A stretch of DNA of 64,000 nucleotides from Adineta vaga (Eukaryota; Animalia; Rotifera). The position numbers and the translations under genes are program-made. A model generated the notes under the pieces. That model was not told where the DNA came from and searched no databases. It saw nothing but the letters and a program-made list of their open reading frames with translations. The stretch is from NCBI GenBank assembly GCA_021613535.1, contig CP075493.1, positions 15,128,001 through 15,192,000 of the forward strand. Direction: 5' to 3'. Below, one piece after another: positions 49,076-61,259 of this stretch (its first letter is position 1; every line of letters starts with the position of its first letter).

Positions 49076-50486
49076 GAGTAAGTCTTCGAAATAATTTATT
49101 ATTTACAATTAATTTTCATTATTCTAGAAAATATATGGCACAACGATCGTATATTCATTCTTTCTTCATATTGCTATCAAAGATTAGTTTTTTTTCCTTC
49201 TTTTTTTCAATAAATTAATTTCGAAATGTAATCATCATGGATGTGCGGTATAAAGCTATCGTCTAGATAAAAAGAATCTTGTTTTCGAGCTTAATTCCAA
49301 ATGATAATTCATCGTTTTGATTAACAACTTGTCTAAGAAGAGAACTACTCAACTGTGTAAATGAAACAGTATGGAAGTGACCTCTAAATGAAGAAAACAG
49401 ATGACAATAACTATTCTTTGACATTTTTATCTTATAGCTTACTAATGAACCGAAACTCGCATAACTTTTCTCAAGATAAAGCTTATTTTCTTTTTGTTTA
49501 ATATCATGTGATAACGATTGCTTTCCCAAATCGTCAACATAATCAATATTCATACAATCTTCGAAAATATTCTTTGGGACCAAAAAAGAACATATCTGAA
49601 TATGAGTCCTCATTGACTCGTATAATTGTATACAGAAAGATTTTCTCTTCTTTTTATTATTATTTTCAGTAGAGTTGTTGTCATATTTATAAAAACACCG
49701 TCCATTACGAATGTAGCGTTGATTGATATCTTTTTGTCGTCGATTGCTCTTACTATCTTACATGTTTAGCTAGGGATTAACGATCTAAGACAAATAGCAA
49801 GTTTATTCAAAGGAAAGGTTATCAATTATTCTCATTTATTTCCACATAAACGATACTTTGAATATGATATTATGACGATATGTAGATATTTTATTTATAT
49901 GCAAAACTATGATTATGAGTTGTTGGTTTTTTTTCATTCTATATAGATACAAGAATCGAGAAAAGAAGTAGTTCAAGGATTAATTTGTATGCTTCCACAA
50001 ATAACAATGCCCTTATAGAACGAAAGAAAAACAATCATCGAATAACTATATCGATGACAAGCAAGAATTAGGTGTTATAAATATATAAGTGAAAGGAAAG
50101 AGAGAATTCGGTACTTTGAACTCGTGGTATATAAATATACAAGCGAGAAGAAAAGAAGAATATACACTAAGAAGTAAGAATACAAACATATCAAAAGAAA
50201 AGAAAAGGTGAGAGTTTATTCAATAATAATTCTTTCTATTTTTGTTTTCTTTTTCTACCATAGCCCATATATGATATCCATCTGGTTTTCTTCCATACTA
50301 TACTGCTCTATTTATCGTATAATTAATTATTGATGGTAACGAAATTAACATGCAGGTAGAGAAAGTAATACATATGCGTAATGAATAGTCTGATATGAAA
50401 TTGACCTCACATCGTATTATTCTAAATATTGTGTTTCAGATCTTCTATATTCGTTATTATCATCATGAACTAATTACATACAGAAA

Positions 50487-51350
50487 ATGGTATTGTCTTT
50501 GGTAATTGTTATATGTATCGTTATTGTTATTGGGACTGGTAGTCTGTATTTACTGAAGTATTTCATAAGACATCGTCATTCTTATATGAATATAGAACAG
50601 TTTTGTGAATTGGCACATCAACATGAACAATGTAGTACTAATGATGAAGACGGAGTGACAAGTGTTATCGAAGAGATGTTCAATGAATCTCCATTTTACA
50701 AAGCAAATCATGTTAGATCAAATTTAGATTATATTCATTTATACAAATATCTTCGTGAATTTTGTTGTCAAAAATCTTTATATACAAACCGTCAAGGACC
50801 TGTCTGTCCATTTCTACCGCGTGCGTTCAAAGAACAATCGATTTATTTTTTTGATGATATTTACAGTGAAACGAAACAAGAATTAATTGAAATTGTTCGA
50901 CAATGTAGAAATGATTATCTTTCTGTTTTAAAACCAATTGAATTTGAAAACAGAAGTTTAATAGTTTATAAAACTTTGATTATTCTCATACGAAACACAT
51001 CAATATCACATGAAATAGTCGATCAAATACAAATGGAACTCAAATCAGAATTTATTTTAAAATATGGCCTTATGTTGGGTGAATTTCATTTATCATCAAA
51101 TTCATCTGCAATTAAAAACAAAGATTTTTATCCATTACGTACGAAAACACCACTCTTAGTTATACGACGTTTGGTTGCAAATGATATCATATTTTTAAAT
51201 CAAAAAGATAGATATTCCAAAGATATACGTTCAAAAATGATCAAAATGTACATTGATTTAGATAAAAATGGATTGTTACATTCAAGAAAGGATCATTATT
51301 TACGTACAGCACATGAACTTCTTCACGAATTGAATAACAATGATGAGTAA
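50487..51350 (+). CDS. DUF6875-like (bacterial-type) protein with N-terminal membrane anchor
   Basis: YLREFCC...RQGPVCPFLP, Q.ELKSEF..YGLMLGEFH...N.DFYPLRTKTPLLVIRRLV..D..FL match the motif string I recall for this family; intronless CDS. Confidence 0.6.
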   Translation: MVLSLVIVICIVIVIGTGSLYLLKYFIRHRHSYMNIEQFCELAHQHEQCSTNDEDGVTSVIEEMFNESPFYKANHVRSNLDYIHLYKYLREFCCQKSLYTNRQGPVCPFLPRAFKEQSIYFFDDIYSETKQELIEIVRQCRNDYLSVLKPIEFENRSLIVYKTLIILIRNTSISHEIVDQIQMELKSEFILKYGLMLGEFHLSSNSSAIKNKDFYPLRTKTPLLVIRRLVANDIIFLNQKDRYSKDIRSKMIKMYIDLDKNGLLHSRKDHYLRTAHELLHELNNNDE

Positions 51351-52202
51351 TTTCGAATCGCATTGTAAATATCATCATAGATGATTTACATTAAATTCTT
51401 TATTTTTCGTAGAAATAAACTTGAGATTAATCTTCGAAATTTTCATAAATATTTATACAACTGATATACGACTTTCAAAAATCGAGGATTCACGCGAACA
51501 TCACATAAAACATGTGCATCCTAAAGATTCTATGAACAGCGTATTTCGTATTGATCAAGTGATAAAAAATCAGAACAAAAATCATTGGAATGTTATGCTT
51601 ACAGACTATATTCGAAGTGAAACTAAAGGATCTACTATGGTTGGCATCGTTTGGGTCAAATATTAATTCGAATGGGAAAATGGGAGAAAGGAAATGAAAT
51701 CTATCAAAATTTACTTGCATCCGCTTCAGAAATGAATGTCATATCGATCTGGCTCTTTTCAACAATTAATTTGATATTATTTGGGAAAAGAGTAGCAATT
51801 ATGAGAAATCACTAGTCTATTACCGTAAAACACTGGAAATAACTGAAAGAAATTCGATAGATATGGTGAGTCAATTTTTTCTACGATTCTGCAGTCTTCG
51901 TATTTTTGAGTTAAAGTATTTCAAAATGACTGCTATCAAAGTAATAATGAAATATGTTCGGCTAATAATCATAAAAGTCAAAGTTAATATACTTTTCTAT
52001 GATATCAAAACGTAATGTGGTTCGAATGTGTAACATCAGTTATATTCGTTTTCAAGGTGTTTATGATCTTTGTTTTTGAGAAGAATATTTTATCGCTTTC
52101 GTTTCTTAGCTATCGCTAGAGCACTTACTCATATGTATATATATATACAAGTATATACCATTATACTCAATAGTTCTTAACAGAGAATTTTGTCTTTACT
52201 TG

Positions 52203-52974
52203 ATGATCATGATGAAAAATATCATTGGCAAAATTAGTTCGAACAGTTTACTGACGATTGGTATTTTTGTTCTTATTCTAAATTTAATACCGATTGTAGC
52301 AAGTGCAGATGCTTCTGGTGATGATGAAGGAAAAAATCTCAAGGCTAAACTTGCATCAACGGTAACTGAATTGGATTTGCAAGCTCTCTTAACCGATGAA
52401 CAGTTTGTGTTTGATTTTAATAAAACTACTGAGGGTGTCGCGTTAGGAGATGGTGGTCGAATCGTGGTTGCATCAGTAAGTTTGATGAATTATTCTATTT
52501 CGTTTCTATTCATTTTTATGCTTTTAGGCTGCAGTTTTTCCAGCTTTAATCAAACATGATATTGCCATGGCTGTAGGTTCTATTGAACCATGTGGATTAG
52601 TTCTACCGCATACTCATCGAGCTACTGAACTCGTTTATGTTTCTCAAGGCAAATTTGAAGCTGGTTTCATTCAAGAAAATGGAGGTCGTTTTATTAAGAA
52701 TGTCATCGTTGCTGGTCAAGTTGTTGTTTTTCCTGAAGGTTCAATTCATTTTGCACAAAATTTAAATTGTGAACCAGCTTTCTTTATTGCATCATTCAAT
52801 TCAGCTGATCCCGGGGTTCAAATAACAGCAGATAATGCTATTAAAGGTTTACCTGTTGATATTGTAGCAGCAAGTCTGGGAATTAGCATCAAAGCAGCAA
52901 AGGATTTAAGAGATTCGTTACCTGCAGTACCATCACTTGGATCGCAAGAATGTCGAAAAAAGTGTAAACTCTGA
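52203..52974 (+). CDS. Secreted germin/spherulin-like cupin (copy 1)
   Basis: Exons 52203-52475 and 52528-52974; signal peptide; FVFDF, FPAL, PCGLVLPHTHRATE, GFIQENG, FPEGSIH, FNSADPG. Confidence 0.9.
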
Positions 52975-53518
52975 TTTATATCGATTAATGAACTAAAAAA
53001 AGAATGATATTTTTCTTTTTTTCTTTTTTCTTTTTCGAAATAAACAATGCTGAAAAACTTAATGAAATCGTTTGCTTAGATTATGTTTAACCAAGTCTGA
53101 TACTGAGTGATAAAACAAGCATATGTTTCACGTATGATCATCAAGGGTCATTATTATTGATGCCCTTAGAAGACAAATATCTGAAGTGCTAATAATCTTT
53201 CAGCAGAGTATTGAGTTCGTTTTTAATGATATAGACAATAAATCTTTAAGTAATAAATCATAAAATTAATCCGAACATATAATCTATTTTATGATGATGA
53301 AAACACACTTGTATACATGGCATGGTACTTGAAAACATCTAAAGGTAGAATGTTTTATTTGTGAATATATAAAGAATATACGAAGAGTGGACTGATTATA
53401 CTTTCGAACATTGATCGGGTATGTGTGCTGTCAATAGCTATTTATTTACTTAAGAATTCCTAGAAAGAAATATCGTATTATTCGAATTTAGAATTGAACG
53501 AAATAGTTTACTCGTACA

Positions 53519-55516
53519 ATGAAATTTAACGCTGTGTCTGTATGTGATGAACAAGAAGATGGGCTGGAATTGCAAGACATGACAATGTTAACTAAACAAC
53601 GAAGATCATTTGTAAGACCAGTAGGATATAAACAATCGTAAGATTTGATATAATAATCTACAAGAAGAAAATACACTGGAATTATGTTGCTTATGTTTAT
53701 AGAGATTCACAAAAACGAAAACTTCTGGTCGTTGTGACCTTAATGTTGATCGTGGTGAGTGGCTTCGCGGTTTTATTCATTTCACGCCATTCAAATAAGG
53801 AAAATGTTGATGATCAAAACGGTAAGAAATTAACATTTATAGCATTTCTTAAAAATAAATCCCATTGCATTCATTACAGAAAATACAAATGAATGGGGTT
53901 TGGATGAAGATGTTTCGATGGACAATGGAACTCTTCGAGTGAAATCATATTCGGAATATGTCAGTAATATTCTGTTGTTCATGTATACATAAAAGGATTG
54001 TCTTGTTCAATGTAGCAACAGTCCAAAAGACCTGAAAAGGTTGGCTTCACGAATATATTTGTTCGTAAGCCGAACAAGGCTGGTAGTGGAAAATCATCAG
54101 CAGATCGAATTCGATTTCCAACTGCTCGTTATACTCGTCACAATTTTCGTATATCGCTTTAATCTATTTGATATTGCGATATAATCATGACTTTTTTTCT
54201 AGCTTTAAGAGGACAATTTATTAATTTACTTCCGCAAGTTCCGATTTATTTTGACCGACGTACTCGACAAACAATCATTTATTCACCAGCAGGTGGATGT
54301 GAGTAATTCTATTTGAGAAAGTTATTGATGATAATAGATTATTCGTTTCAGACTACATTTTACCACCTTTAATCAATTTCTATGGAGAGTTATTTTCCAT
54401 TGCGGAATTGATTGCATCGGGCTATGCCAGTTTAGTTAGTAGTGGAAGTCAACCAATCGGTCCAATCAATATGGCACCAATTTTTCAGCCAACACCAAGT
54501 GAGTTAGTCTCCTTCAAAATCTGTATTGCTATGTTTTAATAATTGTTAGTAATCGGTCATGGTATACCTCAGATCAATAGATTCACTGGAAGTTTTCGAG
54601 GTGGTTATCGAACAAACTATGGTCGATTTCCACTTCGCAAATATCCAGAGAAACGTGTCACCTTAGATTTCGATGATGAAACCGATGAAGAGGACAGTTA
54701 CGAATCGCCATCATATTCACGTGACAATTATAAAGCACCGTCATATTCTAACAAATACTACAAAAGACCATCATATTCACGTTTCAAGGATGATAAACCA
54801 CGGACGAATCAAAGTAATGTAGAGTATGCTATTATCACTGTTATTGTCATTGCGATTTTAGGTATTCCAAAAGTTGATAAAGCTGCACTTCAACTTGCAG
54901 TTACTGAACTTGATCGACAAGCTCTATTAACTGATGAACAATTTGTCTTCGATTATCGTAATGCTTGGACAGGAGTTGCCAGTGGAAAAGGTGGCCGTAT
55001 TACTCTTGCAACGGTATTATCAAAACATAAACTTGCTTTTTCGTCAGATAATTATTTTTGCTTTAGGCAAATAACTTTCCGGCTCTGATTGGTCGCGGTT
55101 CGGCCATGAGCATTGGAAATATTAAACCGTGTGGTTTCGTTCTACCACATTTACATCCACGCGCCGATGAACTTTTCTTCATGATTTCGGGTGAAATGCA
55201 AGCAGGTTTCATTCAAGAAAATGGAGGCCGATTCATTGTTAATACACTAGTTGCGGGTCAATGTATGGTGTTTCCTCAAGGTTCCATTCACTATGAACTA
55301 AACTTAAGCTGCAAGCCAGCTATATATCTAGCAGCTTTCAATTCAGCCGATCCAGGTTCACAAGCCGTACTCAATCGGCTTATCGGAGACTTACCATTAG
55401 ATATAGTTAGTGCAAGTCTTGGCGTTGATAGCAAAACCGTGAAAACTATCAACGCTACCATACCGCAAAATCCAGCACTCGGAACTGAAGATTGTCGAAA
55501 ACGGTGTGGTCTATAA
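53519..55516 (+). CDS. Type II membrane module fused to germin/spherulin-like cupin (copy 2)
   Basis: Exons 53519-53637, 53703-53821, 53880-53959, 54016-54148, 54203-54298, 54352-54498, 54550-54813, 54862-55013, 55067-55516, all GT-AG and in frame; cupin PCGFVLPHLHPRADE...FPQGSIH. Confidence 0.85.
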
Positions 55517-56032
55517 GACAGATGTATTTGAGAGAAAATTAACTCTTTTCTTTTTCGAAATAAATAATCATGAAAAAATAGTATTGTTCAATCTTCGCAA
55601 ATTCTTGAAAGATGCATATTTTTCTTTTGAATGCTTCCACTGTTTATCTGAAAAAGCACTCAGAGTTCAAACGTAAATGTCGGTCATCTTTGTCCTCTTT
55701 CTTTCGTTCGTTTTGTTGACTATGATAAAGGTTAAAACATAATTTCATTTTCTCAACAATTTATCTTTGATAATAAGCATGAAGACAGTGTATGACTATT
55801 AGTTATATTATCTAACATCATGTGATCAAGAAAGTAACAAAAAAGCACAAGACGCATTTTTCTTATCATTATTGTTTTACTTTAGATACTTTAAAAACGA
55901 ATCTTTTGTATAAAAGAAGTAATCAACATTTCATATTCAAAACATTGAAAAATTCGAAGGTAAAGATAGTGTTGAATTGTACTAGAATTCTGAATAAAAT
56001 TCACTTTTTGAATCACGTATCGACATCTAGAA

Positions 56033-58712
56033 ATGGAATTGAATTCTTTACCAGTACATAAAGAACAGCAAAAGAATGAGTACCATTTTCAAGATATGTC
56101 ATTGAATAATGAACAAGAACAAACTTTCATAAGAATAGAAAAACAAACAAATACACGAAATTCACGGTGAGTAATCAATAACAAACATAGGTTTTTCTTT
56201 CTATTGCTGATTACTCGTAGATCATGGTGGAAACACACTTCTGCATTACTAATGATAGTCGTTATAAGTAGCATGTTTATTCTTTGGATTAAACATGACA
56301 CAACAGTCTCAAACGATAGTGATACAAATCTTCAATTGAAATCATATTCAGAACGAGTAACTATCGACTACATTTGTTTTTCTTCGTTACATATTTCATT
56401 CGCACAGGATTCCGATTCATCAGTAACTCTTGGTTATATAAATATATACATTCATAAATCTCGTAGAAATGGTTATAAAAGATCATCGGAATTAATTCGA
56501 TTTCCGGTTGCTCATTTTCTTCGTCATCATTTTCGTTTGTTTTTCTTTTATTTTTCGAGATACTTTAATTCTATTTCTCTACATAGGACATAGTCATCAA
56601 TATCGAAGTATTAAACCATGGCCTAGTGTTTATGTCGATCGATATACTCAACATACATTGTTTACTTCAACGAAAGGTCGAGGTAAGTGTCTAATGAAAC
56701 ATTTATTTAGTTTTTTTTAATATAAACTATTCAATCATTTTAGCTTATCTTCTACCACCAATAATGAACGGTCATGATGAAGTCTTCTCAATAGCTGACC
56801 TCCTTCTGTCAGAAGATGTTAGTTTTGCTAGTAATGGTATTCCGCGAAGAGGTGATTTGGATTTAACACCGTATTTCAAATCAGTTCAATGTAAGTGAAT
56901 CATTGTTGCATTCGATTTTGTTGAGGAAAACTGCATTAAAAAGCTTTTTTATCTTGTATACTTCTTTATTTTAATAGTGATGGGACCGGGCATACCAAAA
57001 TTTAGTTATACCAAAGGAATTTTCATGGGTGGTGTTCGTACAAAATATGAATCATTTTCGAGATACGAAAATTCAGAAGATGAAGATTCATATAACAATG
57101 ATGATAAACCGCGAACACATTATACAAGTATTGAACTAAATTCTTAAAAGAATTGTTTTTCTAATTTTAGCTTTTTATTCCAATAGAACCATCAGCAAAA
57201 TCAACCGACAAGAAAACGTTCGTCAATTAACTTTTCTTCTTAAGAAATCCTATTTTTTATTTCTTTAGACTAAATTGTCCAATCGTAATCTTAGGTGCTG
57301 GAATGGGTGGAGCCCATAGTGCTTATCGTTTATCTCCAATTCATAAAGATAATGTTTGTATCTTTGAACGTGAAAATTATGTTGGCGGTCGTGCATATGA
57401 TCTTGATTATAAAGGAAATATTCCTGATGCCTATTCAACAACTCCAATATCACCATTAGGTTCTATACGATTTTATAAAGGTCAACCTGTGATGAAAGAA
57501 TTAATTGACGAATTGAATATAACCTATTATCCCTATGATTATCAAACACAATTGATAAAAGCACGTGGACAACTTTATACATCGTATAATGAAATGTGTA
57601 CGAAATCTTATGTTAATTTAACTTGTACTGATGATTCCGATGGAAATAATCCACCTGATCAATTATGGTTGAAATTATTAGATGCATATGAAACTAATCC
57701 GAAAGATTTATATAAATATGCTGATGTAAATGCATTTTGTCGTGCTTTATTTGGTGATGAAGCAACGGAATATTTAAGAGATTCATTTCGATTTCGTGCA
57801 GATTTTCATACAGATGTTTATTCATATTTAGAATATTTAAAACAAGAATGGAATCTTGTTGGAACAATTTATTATCCATTCAATGGTCTTTCACAAGTTG
57901 TTAAACGAATGATTTATAAATCAACAAAAATCAATAAAGCACGATTGTATTTAAATGAAGAAGTTCTTCGAATTGATGAAGTTTCGAATAGTTTTCTTAT
58001 TGAAACAACCAATTATAAAGTTTATTGTAAACAATTAATCATAACAATTCCACCAGCACATTGGACAAATATTCATGGAACAATTGCGAATGAGATTAAA
58101 TCAAGTAAACAATTTCAAGCAATTTTACCAGTAACAACAGTTGTAATTAATAATTATTGGTCGGAAAGATGGTGGGAAAAAACTTCCTTAACGGAGAAAA
58201 TTGTCGATCGAGCTTGGACAAGTCAAAATTGTATTAATTTTATAGAAATTCTATCGCGACATCCAGAAAAAATGAATCAAAATGTGACACGAAGTGTTTA
58301 TGATGACGGTCTATGTACCGATGTTTGGTCAGCTTTAGTTAATCGTTCATCAAATCGAGATTTAATTGATGAATTATTAAGAGGTTTAAGATCCATTTAT
58401 ACTGATGTAACAATTCCATCACCGAAAAAAACACAAGTTCAAATATGGCACGGTGCATGGCATTTACAAAGACGAAATAGTCAATTTACGAATAAAGATA
58501 TTGCTCGTTGGGCTTTGAGACCATTGAAAAAATTCAATAAAAACCAAATAACATTAGTAGGTGAAGCATATAATATTGATCGATCTGGTTGGAGTGATGG
58601 AGCAATTAAATCATCATTGATGTCACTTTATTCACAATTTAATTTTAAGAAATCTTGTTATCAAAATGATCAAGCTGTTGAAGGAGAATATTGTAGTAAT
58701 ATGTTTATTTAA
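56033..58712 (+). CDS. Type II membrane module fused to flavin amine oxidase (L-amino-acid-oxidase-like)
   Basis: Exons 56033-56166, 56221-56356, 56408-56534, 56587-56682, 56744-56890, 56978-57127, 57187-57217, 57269-58712. FAD motif IVILGAGMGGAHSAYRL, FERENYVGGR, LGSIRF, GLSQVV, GAWH, VGEAY...GWSDGA. Confidence 0.87.
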
Positions 58713-59204
58713 TGTACCTTTCTTATGTGTTTTTCTATCAAAATAAAATATTTTTCAAACATTCGACATCATCGTCATAATAAGTTACTAAAAAGCGTCT
58801 AGAAGGGTGTGTATGAGGACGGGGATGAATACAAGATGCCCACATCCATTCGGATATTATTAACGCTGTGGCAGGTCGACAACTACTAAAACGAAAGAAC
58901 GAACCATTGAGCAAACACTTATATAATTTGGTTTAAAATACATATCCAAATGTGCAAGATCAATTAAAACACATTGAACGTTTATCACATATGCGAACAA
59001 TTGACCGTCTTCCGTGTTTTTCTCTCTCAACAAGAATCACACATTTCATTTAAAAAAATACTTCACTTTGTTTTCTTTGGAAAACGCCTCATGAAATTTT
59101 GTCATTCTATATAAATATTCATTTGCAAGTTTTCTTTCGTTTAAATCAGATAATTAATTTCATTAGCCATATTATTCAAACTAATGACAATGAAAGTTGA
59201 AATT

Positions 59205-59263
59205 ATCATCTTGAGTGTGGGCAAGAGTATGGATCTCTTGTTAACCCACACCTTCAAGATGGT
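59205..59263. repeat. Inverted telomere-like cassette with both conserved outer ends
   Basis: ATCATCTTGAGTGTGGG ... CCCACACCTTCAAGATGGT. Confidence 0.88.
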
Positions 59264-59488
59264 ATTCGATTTCTTTTGTTTTTATTAGACAAAGAACGTG
59301 AGTAGACAATATTAAGACAACAACAAACTAACTAGTTCACAATAGATTTGCAAATATAGATGAAATAGAAATATTTTTATGCGAGGAAATCAGTAAATTA
59401 TAATTGTAGACTATTAATTCTCAGGTCATTTTGTAAAAAGAGAGTCTCCTTGAGAAAACACATCTCAACATATGAACTAAACAGTTTT

Positions 59489-60502
59489 CTATTGTACACG
59501 ATGTGCTTTCGAGATCATTGGTAACATGTTGCCTTCAGCAGGACGCTGTATATTTTCTACATTTGTCGGTGCAATCTTTTTCCCTCTTGATACGAAACTA
59601 ATCAATTCTTGACGAAATTCAGTAAATGTAATTAGATAAATTGGAAAATTTAAAATAGGAAATGTGTATTGAATTATATCAATTGCATTGAGTATATGAC
59701 GACCCCATTCATTTGCAAAAAGAGTATCATAAAAGAAAGCGTAATTGATCGAAGATGGCGTACGGGTTATTATGAATAAAAAGCCCGTAGTTATAAGAGT
59801 GATTGAAACAGATCGATGACGAATTTGCGAATTTCTTACAGTAGTTGTGCGTCGTAATTGAGCAAGATGATAAATTGAAATAATATTGAACAAGATTATG
59901 AAGAATGATGGGATGAGATTATAAATACATAAATGTATTAGATGATATAGAGGAAAAATTCGATATAGCTTAGAATTCAGAATAATTCGTCCAGTAGTAT
60001 TTCTATAACAGACGAATAGTAAAAAGTGAAGATGGAAAAGAGAAAAGAATCCGATGAGACAACCAATAATAAATAAAACATTTTTTGATCGATTAAACCA
60101 AGTATTAGGATTTACACGACTTAAAACTAAATATCGATCAAAACAAATCAAAACATGTAACCATGCTAAAATATGAAGTGTAAAATAATTGAAAAATAAA
60201 GCGAATTTACATGATGCAACTGTATATGAAGCATATAATGTAAATCCATGAACAATACTAAAATAATTATCTAAAGTCCATCCATATAATCCAAGAAAAT
60301 CGATCATTGCAATTGCACGCATATAATGAATCGTTGGACGGACTTGAGTATTTCGAAATTTTGATTGACATAAAATAACAAATGTTAAGAGATTAAATAT
60401 TGTACCAATGATGACCATTGATAAGGAATAATATCCTGCAAAAGTTATATCAGTTGAAGATGAATATATATTTGTATTATTTGAATTATTGGTAGCTGTC
60501 AT
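59489..60502 (-). CDS. Rhodopsin-like (class A) GPCR
   Basis: 7 TM segments, GTIFNLLTF, CFDRY, NLIPSF, NFPIY...EFRQEL. Confidence 0.88.
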   Translation of the reverse strand: MTATNNSNNTNIYSSSTDITFAGYYSLSMVIIGTIFNLLTFVILCQSKFRNTQVRPTIHYMRAIAMIDFLGLYGWTLDNYFSIVHGFTLYASYTVASCKFALFFNYFTLHILAWLHVLICFDRYLVLSRVNPNTWFNRSKNVLFIIGCLIGFFSLFHLHFLLFVCYRNTTGRIILNSKLYRIFPLYHLIHLCIYNLIPSFFIILFNIISIYHLAQLRRTTTVRNSQIRHRSVSITLITTGFLFIITRTPSSINYAFFYDTLFANEWGRHILNAIDIIQYTFPILNFPIYLITFTEFRQELISFVSRGKKIAPTNVENIQRPAEGNMLPMISKAHRVQ

Positions 60503-61259
60503 TATATTGATATGAGTGATGTTACTGATTTTGTTGAAGAAAATATGTAAGTGTATCTTTGTTTCAATTCTTTGTTTACAATGAAATAAGAAAGGAGACG
60601 CGTTTTTAGAGTTTTATAAATGCATTTTCTCAATTATTAATTTATATTTATATCTTTTGACTATAGGCTTAAAATTAGCTGACGTCGGTTTTTATATTTA
60701 TAACTTTTTTTAATGAAATATTCTCGCAATAAACTATTCCTACCGAACATGATGTATGGTTGTTAATGTATAAGATGCGCGATTATTGCATTTATAGATT
60801 AATTTTATTGCCGAAGGATGTAATATATTTTTTCACATTTTAGATTGTTTTCAATCTTGAAAATACTTTCAAAATTAATAAAGTAAAATAAAGCTCCTCT
60901 GACCTTTAATCACTTTTTTATATAATTGTTAGTAATTTTACACATTTACAAGTGTTTTTTTTTCTATTTTTGTCTCAAATATAATTAGAAGAGTCATCTA
61001 TGTATTTGTCACGATTTTGTTGTGCACTAATGCGCAAGATAGAGAATGATGATTAGATGTGAAAAATACGAAGATTAGTGCTAATGGTGAGTCATCACAG
61101 GATTGTTGAAAATGTTTGATATCATTACTAGTGAGGATAATCGATGATAAATAATGTATAAGTACATACAAATTTTACATGTTGAAAAAAGATTTGATAA
61201 CTACCACTCCCATCTTATATCATTGATATTTTAAACATATTTTCACTGTAAATTCACGT

